NCBI GenBank assembly: GCA_012862495.1
Contig: BLSG01000450.1
Coordinates: 58,780 to 78,690 of the forward strand
DNA length: 19,911 nucleotides
Direction of reading: 5' to 3'
DNA from: Thraustochytrium aureum
Lineage: Eukaryota
Shown here: one piece after another, positions 1 to 16,059 of the stretch
Layout of the letters: every line of letters starts with the position of its first letter
Position numbering within the stretch: position 1 is the stretch's first letter
Translations under genes and position numbers: made by a program
Notes under the pieces: generated by a model
Told to the model about the DNA's origin: nothing
The model's input: the letters and a program-made list of their open reading frames with translations, nothing else
Database searches by the model: none

Positions 1-174
1 CAGGGGAGGGCGCCCATGCACCCCGCAAAACGGACCGGCGCTCATCAGTTAGGTCGCGGGTCAGGGCAGGGTTCCAGGAACGGTATCCCATCTGCCAACC
101 ACACGAACGAACGGCAGAGCCCCTGTCGGTCTCTCCGGCCGCCGTGCTCCCCGCGGCGCGCGACGACCTGCTCC

Positions 175-219
175 TGCGTGCGCCGTGCGTGCGCCGTGCG
201 TGCGCCGTGCGTGCGCCGT
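175..219. repeat. Perfect tandem repeat (TGCGTGCGCCG)x4 upstream of RPC1
   Basis: Four exact 11-bp copies read directly, ending about 95 bp before the ATG at 313. Confidence 0.95.
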
Positions 220-312
220 CCTCTGCGCGCCGCTGCGTAGCTCTGCGCGCAGCCGCCGTCGTAGCCAAGTTGCCATTGTTGTGCAGTTGCCCTGCCTGGC
301 CGCCGCCGCAGG

Positions 313-5369
<5,057 letters not shown>

Positions 5370-5426
5370 CGGCCCCGCAAACCGACTGGCACTGCTGTCT
5401 CGAGATCTCGAGGCAACTGATAACGA

Positions 5427-5735
5427 NNNNNNNNNNNNNNNNNNNNNNNNNNNNNNNNNNNNNNNNNNNNNNNNNNNNNNNNNNNNNNNNNNNNNNNNNN
5501 NNNNNNNNNNNNNNNNNNNNNNNNNNNNNNNNNNNNNNNNNNNNNNNNNNNNNNNNNNNNNNNNNNNNNNNNNNNNNNNNNNNNNNNNNNNNNNNNNNNN
5601 NNNNNNNNNNNNNNNNNNNNNNNNNNNNNNNNNNNNNNNNNNNNNNNNNNNNNNNNNNNNNNNNNNNNNNNNNNNNNNNNNNNNNNNNNNNNNNNNNNNN
5701 NNNNNNNNNNNNNNNNNNNNNNNNNNNNNNNNNNN
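5427..5735. other. Assembly gap (309 N) in the convergent RPC1/EML 3' intergenic region
   Basis: Run of N. Confidence 0.99.
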
Positions 5736-5782
5736 CGATTTTTTTACAGTTTCAATTGAAAGTGAAAGGAAAGCCGCCGCAG

Positions 5783-8700
5783 TCACGACGATGCGCGAGT
5801 TTCGCGAGTTTCGCCCGCGCGGTGCGGCACCACCTGCCACACCACCAAGGTGCAATCATCAACGCCAACTGAAACGGCGCGCCAGCCCTCGCTTGCAAAG
5901 GCAACCTTGGACACCCCGCCAGCGTGTGCGTAGCTCGCGGCAACTCGGTTGGTTGCGCGCGCCGGGTCCACAAAGGGATGGTTCGCAAGGCGCACTATGC
6001 CGTCTGAAGCCCCGCAAAGCGCGAGCATTTCGTCCGGGCTGCGTGCGGTGCACGTCACTTGCGCAGCGGCCGGGTCGTCGCCGAGCGCGGCACCGAATCC
6101 TGCGACCCCCCAAGCACTGGCGCAGCGGCTTGTCGCCCATTCAATATCGCGCGCCCGCGAGCTGTCTTCAAGGGCCTCGCCATTCGTAGCGTTGAAGATG
6201 CTAATGCGACCCGTGGTGTCCACGACCCGAAGAAACATGGACTCGCGCGCGAAATCGACGGCCACCGCCTGCGGCGCAGCATTTTGCGCAATGGAAGCAA
6301 GCTCACAAATGTCGCTCAGCTTGAATCCACTCTTCGCGTCATACAAGTACACGTGTCCGTCAGCAGACGCCACGGCTAGTTGACCTCCCAGAGGGAGCGA
6401 ACTGAACGTCACGGATCCATGCCTTGCTGTCGCGGCCTTTGAAGAGAATGTCGAGCGTCGTGGCATTCAGAATTGCAAACCCACCCGTAGACGACTTGCT
6501 CGACGCCAGGTCTGACGTACCAAAGCCGGCTGCAAGGAGTGCGCCGTCTGGCGACCAAGCCAGTGCCCGGACAGCGCACGGCACATCTCCGTCGTCGACA
6601 GCTTGCGCACAGCATAGCATCTTTTCCTCAATATTCCAGACCCGCACCACTCCGCAGTCATCCCCAGTGGCAACGAGGTCAGTGTTTGCTGGGCAAACAG
6701 CGAGGGCCCAGACCGCATTCCCTGTCCCGAACGCAGCTGGCGGGCAGTGCGGCGCAAACAACTCCGCCACGTCGCCGCCGTGAGTCCCAACAAGAGCCGT
6801 TTCCCCTGATGCAAGTTCGGCGTAAACCCGCGAACAAAACTGGTCTATCGCAAGGCCTAAAACGCGAGGGTCTGCTGCAGGGCTCGCACCAGGACACGAC
6901 GCGTCCACCGGGGAGTTGACGGTCAGCATGGGGTCGAGGTCTTTGGTCCAAAAACGAACGACACCGCGGCTATCGCCGGACACAACGACAGGTTCGCGCT
7001 CTGCTCCAGCAGACCCAGGGACCAGCCATCCACTCTTAAGCGCAGTGAGAAACGCTCCGTCGGCACACACGTGGGTACCACGCACCACGCGGCGTTTCGC
7101 GGCGCCCAGCGCGACCCACTCGATTAGCGCTCCGCTACTGCACGCTACAGCCAGGGCGCCAGACTCCCCGCGACCGAAAATGGCACAGCTGGCTGTGAAT
7201 GCGGCTTTGGGGACATTCCCGGGATCACCGCCTGCGTAAAGGGTCCGGATTGCAGAGCGTCCGGGCAAGGTGTCGTACATGAAAGCAAGGAGGTCCTCCC
7301 CGCCAAACACGAGAGAGCGAGGGCCGACCCAGCTCAGGAACGCGGGCGATGCGCATTCCAAGCCTTGCTCGCGTTCGAGCACGGGATCCGACCAGCCGCA
7401 CCAGCGGACGTGGCCGCGCTCACACGTCCCTGCGCGCAAAACAAGCAGCCGGCCGCTCGTGCCATGTCCCACTAAACCAGCTACTCGCGAGCCATCTTCA
7501 GAGAATGCAACCCTCGCCCATTGCTGGCCGGACTGCGCGCGCTTGCAATCGTCGAGCACCGGTATTTCACTGCACAGCGACCCAGAGTTTGCGTCCCAGA
7601 CCTGCAAGCCAGTCTCTCCGCCACGTAGCGTGCAGACCCATCGTCCGCTGCCGTCAACAGCGATCGCCAAGATCGAGCCCTCGCCGACTGCGACCGCAGT
7701 TTGTATCTGCACAGCACCGCCCCCACCGACGTCGGTGATAGCACATACCGAGGCGGCTGGAGCGACTAGCTTGCCGGCACAAGTCAGCAACGGGCCCCCA
7801 GCGCCAGCAACGATGCCGAACGTGTGCTCGATCGCGAGGCGGGCCTTTGGAGGCCCCGTGACTTGGCCACGCGCTCTCGTTGGCGCTAGGCTTGGTTGGC
7901 CAACTTGCTGGGCGCCCACCGAGGCTGCGTCGGCTCCGTGCTGCTCTCCACGTTTCCCCACTTGCGCGGGTGTCGAGCCGTGGCGCTCCAGCCAATCTCC
8001 CGCCGGTGCTAGTTGCTCTCGAACGATAGACTGCGCGGCGGGATCAGCGCTCTGTTCAACCAGCGGCACGGGCCGCGAAACCCGCCAGAACTGAACGCAG
8101 CATGATGCGCCATCCGCTACAACGATAAACTCGCGCGGACCTCTGAATGCCAGCCCAGCGCGAGCATCGCCAGTGTCTTGGTAGCCTTCCACGTCAACTT
8201 GAGCCTGCAAAACATCGCGCCCTGCATCTTCCTGGGCAAAATCGTGTTCACTATCGCTCTTCACGCTGGCCTCATCGGCGTCTGCGATTTGGATTTCAGA
8301 GGCCGGAGGCTGCGTCTCGTCAACAACAAACGCCAGGCTCGTGATTGGCGCCCTTGCAGACTGGCCCCGGATCAGAGTTGAAGAAGAGGTCTCGCGAGCC
8401 AGTGTAGTGGGAAGCAGGGAACGGTGCGATTCGCACGCAGCCCGGTTCGTGTGAGTTTGCAAACAAAATGAGCTTCCTGTCCACAGACGTCGCGCAAGCA
8501 GAGGGCCAAAACGGCTTTGAAAGCCCAATGCCCTCGGTACCTTCAGTCTTCCACAAGCCGACAAATTCTGGCCCAACGGAAACGGCGAGCGATGACCACT
8601 TATCCATGGTGGCATCGTTGAGGCCGTCCTCCTGAATGACCGTTTGCGAGGCGACGTCGAAGTAGACAACGGTGCCATTGTTGTCCAACGAACGGGCCAC

Positions 8701-11700
8701 CTTGCCGTCCGTCGAAAAGTCGACAGCAACCACCGGGAATGCGTGCCCGTCGCACGTCCCAAGCTTGTCCACCCCTTTGCCGTCCATGACGCTAAAGTAC
8801 GACACATTGCTGCCACTCGCCACCGCAAGCACCTCCGCTAGTGGCCCAAAGCAGATATGAACCACCCCTGGCTGCTTCGCCGCCTTGGAACCCCCAGTAT
8901 CGCCGCTCCCGCCCAACTGCTTCACCGAGCCGCCGTGCTCCTCAACGTCAAATATCGCGAAAGCACTCCCCGGTCACGGCCGACCGCGAGTCNNNNNNNN
9001 NNNNNNNNNNNNNNNNNNNNNNNNNNNNNNNNNNNNNNNNNNNNNNNNNNNNNNNNNNNNNNNNNNNNNNNNNNNNNNNNNNNNNNNNNNNNNNNNNNNN
9101 NNNNNNNNNNNNNNNNNNNNNNNNNNNNNNNNNNNNNNNNNNNNNNNNNNNNNNNNNNNNNNNNNNNNNNNNNNNNNNNNNNNNNNNNNNNNNNNNNNNN
9201 NNNNNNNNNNNNNNNNNNNNNNNNNNNNNNNNNNNNNNNNNNNNNNNNNNNNCCGGTGTCCAAATCGACTTGAAAGACCTGGCCGAGGGCATTTCCCACA
9301 ACCATCATGGTTTTGCGGCCCCGAGAGCCCGTACGACGCAAGTGCCAGGCCTACCACCCCTGGAGTCGCACCAAGCGTTTCAGTGAGCAACGACGTGTCG
9401 ATGGCGCTTGCGACTTGGAGAGCGCTGGAGGAGGCGTCCCAAACCTTGATGTGCCCGTCAAGCGAAGCGCTGACAACGCGAGGCCCACGGGCCTCGCTAG
9501 AAGCGCTCGGCGGGACTGGAACCAGCTTTAGGCAAGACACGGCCATCGCGTGGGCAGCCTTTTGCATGCAAGACGCCTCGAGGGTCCCCACAGGCGCGAG
9601 GGCGTCCCAGAGCGCGACGAACAAATTCCCTTGCACATCGCCTAACATGAGACGCGCCTTTGTGTTTGAGCCCGGCTCGGGGATCCAGACCAATGCAGGA
9701 AACGAAACGCAACTCAGCGCAGCACCGTGGTCGTCATTAAAGCGGACAACCGGGTCGACGAATGCTCCTCCGCTTGCCCAACGAACCACACCAGCGAACC
9801 CGTCACCAGACACGGCCGCTACGCCGACCTCCGTTGGGTGCCAAGCTGCGGCGAAGACCCGGAAGCGACCGGTCGAGAGCGACCCAAGGTGCCCGTCGCT
9901 ACCGTTCTTCCACTCGTATGCGTGAACGACGTTGGAGTCTTCGCCTGCAACGCACAGCAACAAGCTCCCAGTTCCGTCCAGAGCAAGCCGCGAGATGGGA
10001 GACCCGTTGCGCACGATAAATGAGGCCAGCGGAGTCATTGACCCGACTTCAAGGACAGTGATCTGCCCAGTAGATTCACCCACTGCGACAAAGCCCGCCC
10101 CACCGCACAAACAGGTCACTTCTGCCCCGTTGACGACGAATGCCAATTGCTCTGCGCGCGAATAGTCCGCAGCGACAACTGCAGCGCCTGCAGAGTATAT
10201 GATACGGGTCCGTCGGTTGGCCCCACCTCGATGGCCACGACACCATCATGAATCCCAGAGTTGAAACCATAGACCCAGTCAAGCTCGACGTCACAACATG
10301 CGGGCGCAGACAAGGACTTTGCGGTCTCCACTTTCGGGTGGGTTCCTTGCGTTGCAAAGTGTGCAGTAAGCCACGCCGGTGAGCCAGAAGCGGGGCCGCT
10401 GAGGTCCCGACGGGCCTTGAGTTTCACGGCCGGGCCCCACGGTGGGCGCGGCCCTTTTGAACGGCTCGATCGTTTTCTCTTCGAGGTCCCTGACGCACCC
10501 TCGGCAGCTGCAGCGCCTCCCTCTGCGCCGGGCTCGTCGCTCTCTTCGGGGATCCTTGCCGTTTTGGCGCTGAGGCGCCAGGAAACTTGATCTCCACTTT
10601 CAAACTCCCACAAAAAGACCGACCCGCTGTCCGAGGAGGCCAGAGTGAATCGTGCTGGCTGCGCAGTCCTGGGAATCGTAACGATGGCGGCTATGGGCCC
10701 GCAGTGCCCACGCTCAACGCGGGCGCTCATCGAGCCCTGCGTCACATCGCGCGAAATGCAGGGCCAGTTGCGAATTGCGAGCGCGCCGTCCTTTCGCCCG
10801 AAAACAACACCTTCCGTGGCCCGTCCCGCAACAGCAGCGTTCGAGCCGTGCTGCGTTGCTTTCGCGAGGAAATTTATCCCTGCCGCAGAGCTCGGGCAAT
10901 GTGGTCCGTCTATGTTGGGCCACATACCGTGTGCGCCCCAGCCATAGACGCACGTTCGCGTTGCCCACACCACGTCCTTGGCCGCGGCAACGTCCTGCAG
11001 GACGCCGATTGTTGAGAGGTCTACGAAAACGCTTGTTTCTTCGTGAACGAGGTCGGCCCGCAGCAATTTTGAATCGGCAGAAAAGTCCATCGCTGAGCAA
11101 GCCGCGTCTGGCGAGGCGCTTCCCGGCCCTGCAGAGAGTTGGACCTTGCCTCTACAAAGAGCGGCTGGTGCGCTCTCTTCGTCGTCTTCAGAGAGCTTGG
11201 ATCCGAAACGCAATTCGCTGACGTCGTAGATGTAGAGTATGCCCGCGGTCGAGCACACGACGAGGGCGTTGCTGTCTGGCGAGAACTTGACCCGGGCCGC
11301 TCCAACGCCATTGAGGTCGTTGATCCAAGCAAGTTGCTCCACCGCAGCCTCTTCTGGGGCGTCAAGGCTGAACGATTCACTCGACGGCGGTGGCCCGTAA
11401 CGCAGCACAGCGACTCCGCTCGCACCGACCGCGCAGGCAACAAGCCCGCCACACGGCGAGAAGCAGCACTCTTCGATAGGCGAGCTACGCCCAGGCTTTT
11501 GCTGTTCCGCGGGCTCTGGAGCCGAGATCAACTTCAACCCTGCCTCGAACAACAAACGGGGACGAGGCCCGAATCGGTGCCGTCTGCGCTTCGTCGTCTG
11601 CTTGTTGGATACCGCCGAGGGGCGGCGCCCGCTTGAGCACCAAAATTTCGGTCGAAATCGGGCTGCCAACAATAAGGCAGCTCGCATCCTTGGGGTGAAG

Positions 11701-13805
11701 GGCCCAGGCTCTGCGGCCTGCAGCGGGAATGACCAAGCTTAGACCTGGGAAGGTGGCCACGTGCGGAGCACCGGTCTGGCCAGCGGCTGCATCTGCAAGA
11801 CTGAGCTCGTGGATGCCATCATCGGTTTCTAGGAGCATCTGGGTCCCCATGGACCCGAGCGCGGCGCCAAAGACGCACAAGGAATTGGCGCTAAGATCAA
11901 CCACTTGAAGTGGGGCGCTGAGGTTGTGAGACCAGACTTTGACCTTGCCATCCTTCCACCCGCACGAGACAGCTGACCCAGTGGAAGCGAGCCGGCCAAC
12001 CCACGCTACGGGGCCGTCATGCGCTCCTCGCACCTTTCTCCAAGCCGATCGGCCCACCCATTCCAAAAGATCACCGGCTGTGCTGCCCGTGAGGAAGCGC
12101 TCGAGCACTTGAGCATCCTCCTGGTTCTGCTCATACTGCGGCATCTGTGTCGGGGAGCTTGGGTTTTGGGCAGGCGACGCGGGGCTGCCGCCTGCCGCTT
12201 CACTATCGTCTTGGGAATGGACCAAAAACGCGCAAGCGCAGAGAATTCCACCCTGTCGCCTCTTGGCCGCCAAATCGCGCCGCGGCAGTATCCCGCCACG
12301 TAGCTGCCAAGAGTGACGACCCCCCACCTTGGCGTATTCCAGAAAGGAGGGTGTCGCACTATCCGGGCCTGCAACTAGGACGGCGTTAGACGACATGCAC
12401 AGCGACCAGGCCAGCGACTCCGCGACTGCAATTTCGCAAGCCTGCAGGAGAATATTGGGCTCGTGTCGGACGACCAGTCATACACGACGACCAAGGCGCC
12501 ATGCACCTCCGAAAGGGTCCCATTGCGTCCGGCGACCGCAAGAAACCCGCTGCTTTCGCTCTCTGTTTGACCGCCAAATGCCATCGCGTCGACGCGAGTC
12601 AAAGTCGCAGCAACGAGCCTCCGGACTACGAGAAGGGACTGTAGATGGGAGACGAAGAGCTCCGCACCGGCCCTGTTCAAAGCAAGGGCAAAGGATGCGA
12701 CGTGCACGCCGTCCGGATGTGCCGCGAGTTGCTGAATTCGGCCGCTGTGAGCGCGAAGCAAGTCCTGGCGAGGCGCCGGCGATTCCGGTGTGGGCCGCCG
12801 CCAAACCGCTAGAACTGATGAAGCCGCAAACGCAATTGCGTCACCTGCAGCCGTTGCATAGAAAGGGCTTGCACGCCGATTGAAACCTAGAACTTGTTGC
12901 AGCCTAAGCCGCCCAATAGGGTCGAGGTCGTCGAACGACTCTGGCGCGTCGGAGGGCTCCAGGTCTATAACGGCGGTTTCCCAAGGGCGAAAGGCGCGTC
13001 TAGCTCGTTTAGTTGTGCCAGGCGAAGCGCTCTCGGGTGTGGCGGGGTCGTCGTCACTGGGCTGCTGGTCCCATCTTTTCCTGTCGTCCAACGACCAAGA
13101 CGCGAGTTCCACGACAGGCGCCTGCGACCCATCAGCGATGCCCCCTTGCACCAGCGCGCCTGATGGCCGGGTTGCGGCGCGCGGCGCCTGCACGTCGCTG
13201 AAAAACGATAGCCAGCGCTCAACTTCTGGGCAAAGGTCCTCCACGAAACGCTGAAACGCAGGCCAGGGCAACCTGGCCTCTTTGTCAACGTTTGAGAGCC
13301 TGAAGGCTGTTTGCGAGAGGCGCTCCAATTTCATGTCAGTCGGCTTTGCCGGAGCCCCAATTGAGCCGGATGAGCAAATCTTTGTCAGCCCAGTTGCTGT
13401 CGTCTTGAGGAGCAGGGAGAGCTCGTCCATCGCGAGCGCTGCCCGCGAGTCAAAGTCGTACAGAGTGAAGATGAAGCGTGCTTTGAAGCTGACAGGCGTA
13501 GCAGACAGCACGCAGAGCAGAGCAAGCGCCTCGAGAGCGTCCACGAGGTCGTTCTCGTCTGTGTCGAGCAAGCGAAAGGCGTCTTCGCAGAATTTGCCAA
13601 AGTGCTCGCCCGACAACTCTTCTTCCAGAAGCGGCAAGGTGGCTCTCGCGTCCCACAGAATCGCCTCCCACGTCGCTGGCGTCAGCGCAAAGCTCTCCGC
13701 GACTTCGTTGAACGACACCCACAGCTGCTGCACAGCCAGCCGGTGCAGCCCGCACAGCGGCAGCAGTGGCGGGGCCACCTTGGCGGTCCCGTGCACGAGG
13801 CCCAT
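5783..13805 (-). CDS. EML5/6-like (echinoderm microtubule-associated protein-like) WD40 protein with N-terminal EF-hands; ~2,700 aa, seven frameshifts and one gap
   Basis: Consecutive minus-strand ORFs join by single-base shifts (~12436, ~11522, ~10210, ~9320, ~8970, ~8351, ~6387). Three HELP-like starts: RPWE..LRLQQVLGFN, VELDWVYGFNS..IIYSAGAAVV and LAIEHTFG. Many WD40 repeats (VWALAVCP..LVATGDDCGVVRVWN, ALAWSPDGALLAAG, VSVGVDDCTLVVWQV). EML-type ARDIEWATSRCASAWG and KDVVWATRTCVYGWG motifs. EF-hand loop DTDENDLVDALE. Confidence 0.85.
8993..9252. other. Assembly gap (260 N) inside the EML-like gene
   Basis: Run of N. Confidence 0.99.
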
Positions 13806-14070
13806 TTCCCTCGCGCCTGGCGAGGCCCGCTCCCGAGCAACGCTGCGCGCCCTTCCGCGCCAAGGTTGGTTTGCCTGCCCAATCGCGCGCTGCGGGTCGC
13901 TCGTGGGCCTCGGGCTGCCTTGTCATCAGCGCCTGACGGTTGAGCGAGCAAAACGAACGACGCCAGGCCCCTCATCTTTCGAAATGAGTCATCATCATCA
14001 TTGATCTTGGAGAGCCTTTGGCCCAGGAAGCAGGCGCCCGCGCAGACCGTCGAGACCTGCAGGCCGCGGG
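13806..14070. promoter_or_regulatory. Putative bidirectional promoter between the EML-like gene and TDP1
   Basis: 265 bp between divergent ATGs. Contains CCAAT (13879-13883), ATGAGTCAT (13984-13992) and a short CAT repeat in an AT-richer patch. Function is inferred from position. Confidence 0.5.
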
Positions 14071-15949
14071 ATGAGCGCCAGGCGGTGCGCTCGGTGCTTC
14101 TGCGCCAGGGCACCGCAGCAGACAGGGCCTTGCCGGCTCTGCGGCGAGCCTGGCGCCCAAGAAGAGCCCCCCGGGCAGAAGCGGCCCAGACAGGCCTGCC
14201 TGCCGTGCTCGCGGTGCACGCTTGCCAACGAGCCTGGGTCACGCTCTTGCGCCGCGTGCGGGGGTGCGTTAGATGGGCTAGGATCGCGCGTCAAGCGAGG
14301 CAGGCCAGACAAGGCCAGCCCAGTCGTACTCTCGTTGCTGGAGGACGCCGTGGAGGACGCCGNNNNNNNNNNNNNNNNNNNNNNNNNNNNNNNNNNNNNN
14401 NNNNNNNNNNNNNNNNNNNNNNNNNNNNNNNNNNNNNNNNNNNNNNNNNNNNNNNNNNNNNNNNNNNNTGGAGGACGCCGTGGAGGACGCCGAACAAGCA
14501 GAGGATGCCAAGCCGACCTTGGAGGCGCGCAACGCATCTGCCGCTACGTATGCCTTTTTCCAAAACCGCGTCCAAGACCGCGACGGCGTGCTGCTTGGCA
14601 CCGGCGCGAAGGAGGCGGCTGCGACTGTGAGCATCCCAGAGCTTGTCAACAGCGCAAGCGGGCTCGTTGAGGCTTGGGTCAGCACGATGGATACCTTCGC
14701 TCCTGACTTTGAAAGCTTGTTCCAGGTATTCCCAGTACTCGTGCAAGTCCCGAAGCTCATCTTTATTCACGGTAAGTCGCAGTGCCGCGCCTCAAAGGCC
14801 AGGCCGTGCCGCGCGCTAACTGGGGCAGGGTTGCACGGAAGCGAAGGAATGCGGTGCAACGCGGAGCTCAAGGCGGCAATCCAGCGCGTCAACCCGCAGG
14901 CAGTTTGCTTTCAACCGCAGTTGCCGCCGTATGGAACACACCACTCGAAAAGCTTTGTGCTTTTCTACAAAGATCGCGTGCGCGTGATCATCCACACCGC
15001 CAACCTTGTTGCAGCTGACCTGTTCTACAAGAGCGAGGCGGTCTGGTACCAAGACTTTGCACCAGTATCTTCTGATGGCGCACCTCGTGGCTCGAATAAT
15101 CTATTTGGGTCGCAGCTTGCCAAGTACTTTCGCGAGGTGTTCGAAAGGTCGCGAGGAGCGCTATCGCCCGCCGGGGCGAGCGCTTTGCTTGAAAAGCTAG
15201 GTCGCTTTGACTTGACGACCGCGCGCGCCCACCTCGTCTGCACGGTCCCCGGTTCCAAGCACGAGATGTCAGACGGATGGGGCTTTTTGCACTGCGCCGA
15301 CACCTCGAAAAGATCCCTGCTGAGCAGCGCGCATGGCCAGTTGTTCTGCAGTTTACGTCGTTGGGGAGCCAGGGCAAGGGTTTACGGCCTTGGGTGCTGG
15401 ACGAACTCGTCCGGTTTGCAATGCGAAAGGGCGGGGCCGCACAGGGCCCGGTTTCGCTGATCTTTCCTTCCGGAGAGGACTGCGAGCGGTCGATAATCGG
15501 GAGACCGCATGGGCTCTTTTGCGCTGCTGCCGACGTAGCTCGCTTGCGAAGCATCTTGTGCAGCTGGGAGGCGGCTGATGCGTACGGGTCCCGCTCTCGC
15601 GCCATGCCACACATCAAGTCGTACTGCGCGTTCAACCCAGCGAACCCTCGAGAGCTTGCGTGGTGCTGCGTGACTAGCGCGAACGGCTCCAAGTCGGCGT
15701 GGGGGTCGCTGAAGAAGGACGGCTCCTTAACTGCTCGCTCCTTCGAGATGGGGGTGCTTGTCACTGCCAAGCTGTTTGGGCCTGGCGCGGCCTCGCTCGT
15801 TGCCTCACCAAGTTTTCCTCGTGCGCTGGGGCACTGGTGGAGGTTCTGAGGGGCCACGTCAAGTTGTCGCCCCGCTCCCGTACCGCTTGCCGCCGCAACC
15901 CTACCGCGCAGGCGAGGAGCCCGGCCCCCTTGCGCTGCCTAGCTATTGA
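14071..15949 (+). CDS. TDP1: Tyrosyl-DNA phosphodiesterase 1 with N-terminal zinc-finger-like modules (gap, one intron, frameshifts at ~15283 and ~15828; 3' end uncertain)
   Basis: First HKN motif YGTHHSK...VRVIIHTANL...VWYQDF (catalytic H at 14942); LVCTVPG; QFTSLGS; LIFPS; second motif RSRAMPHIKSY (H at 15610)...TSANGSKSAWG; RSFEMGVL; C-terminal PLPYRLPPQPY. All match the TDP1 family. Confidence 0.9.
14339..14492 (+). repeat. 12-bp coding tandem repeat (TGGAGGACGCCG)n encoding (VEDA)n, spanning gap 14363-14468
   Basis: Two exact copies on each side of the 106-N gap, each abutting it at a unit boundary. Confidence 0.9.
14772..14828 (+). other. Spliceosomal intron, 57 nt, phase 1
   Basis: G|GTAAGT donor, GCTAAC branch point at 14815-14820, CAG acceptor at 14826-14828. 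Removal keeps the frame (FIHG-LHGSEG). Confidence 0.85.
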
Positions 15950-16059
15950 CCTATTGAGAAGCCAGCCCGAGCTGCGCAAGCAAAGCCTGCCTCTCGCCTG
16001 CGGTGGCCAAATTCTACGATGCCACCGTCATCACGTTGTGGAAAGTGTTGCCTTGCGCG

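Noticed and set aside
175..219. CRISPR-like or telomeric repeat
   Set aside because: The 11-bp units are contiguous without spacers, there are no cas genes, and it is not a telomere motif.
5399..5412. Perfect 14-bp palindrome CTCGAGATCTCGAG after the RPC1 stop
   Set aside because: A single short palindrome is plausible by chance in 20 kb and has no supporting context.
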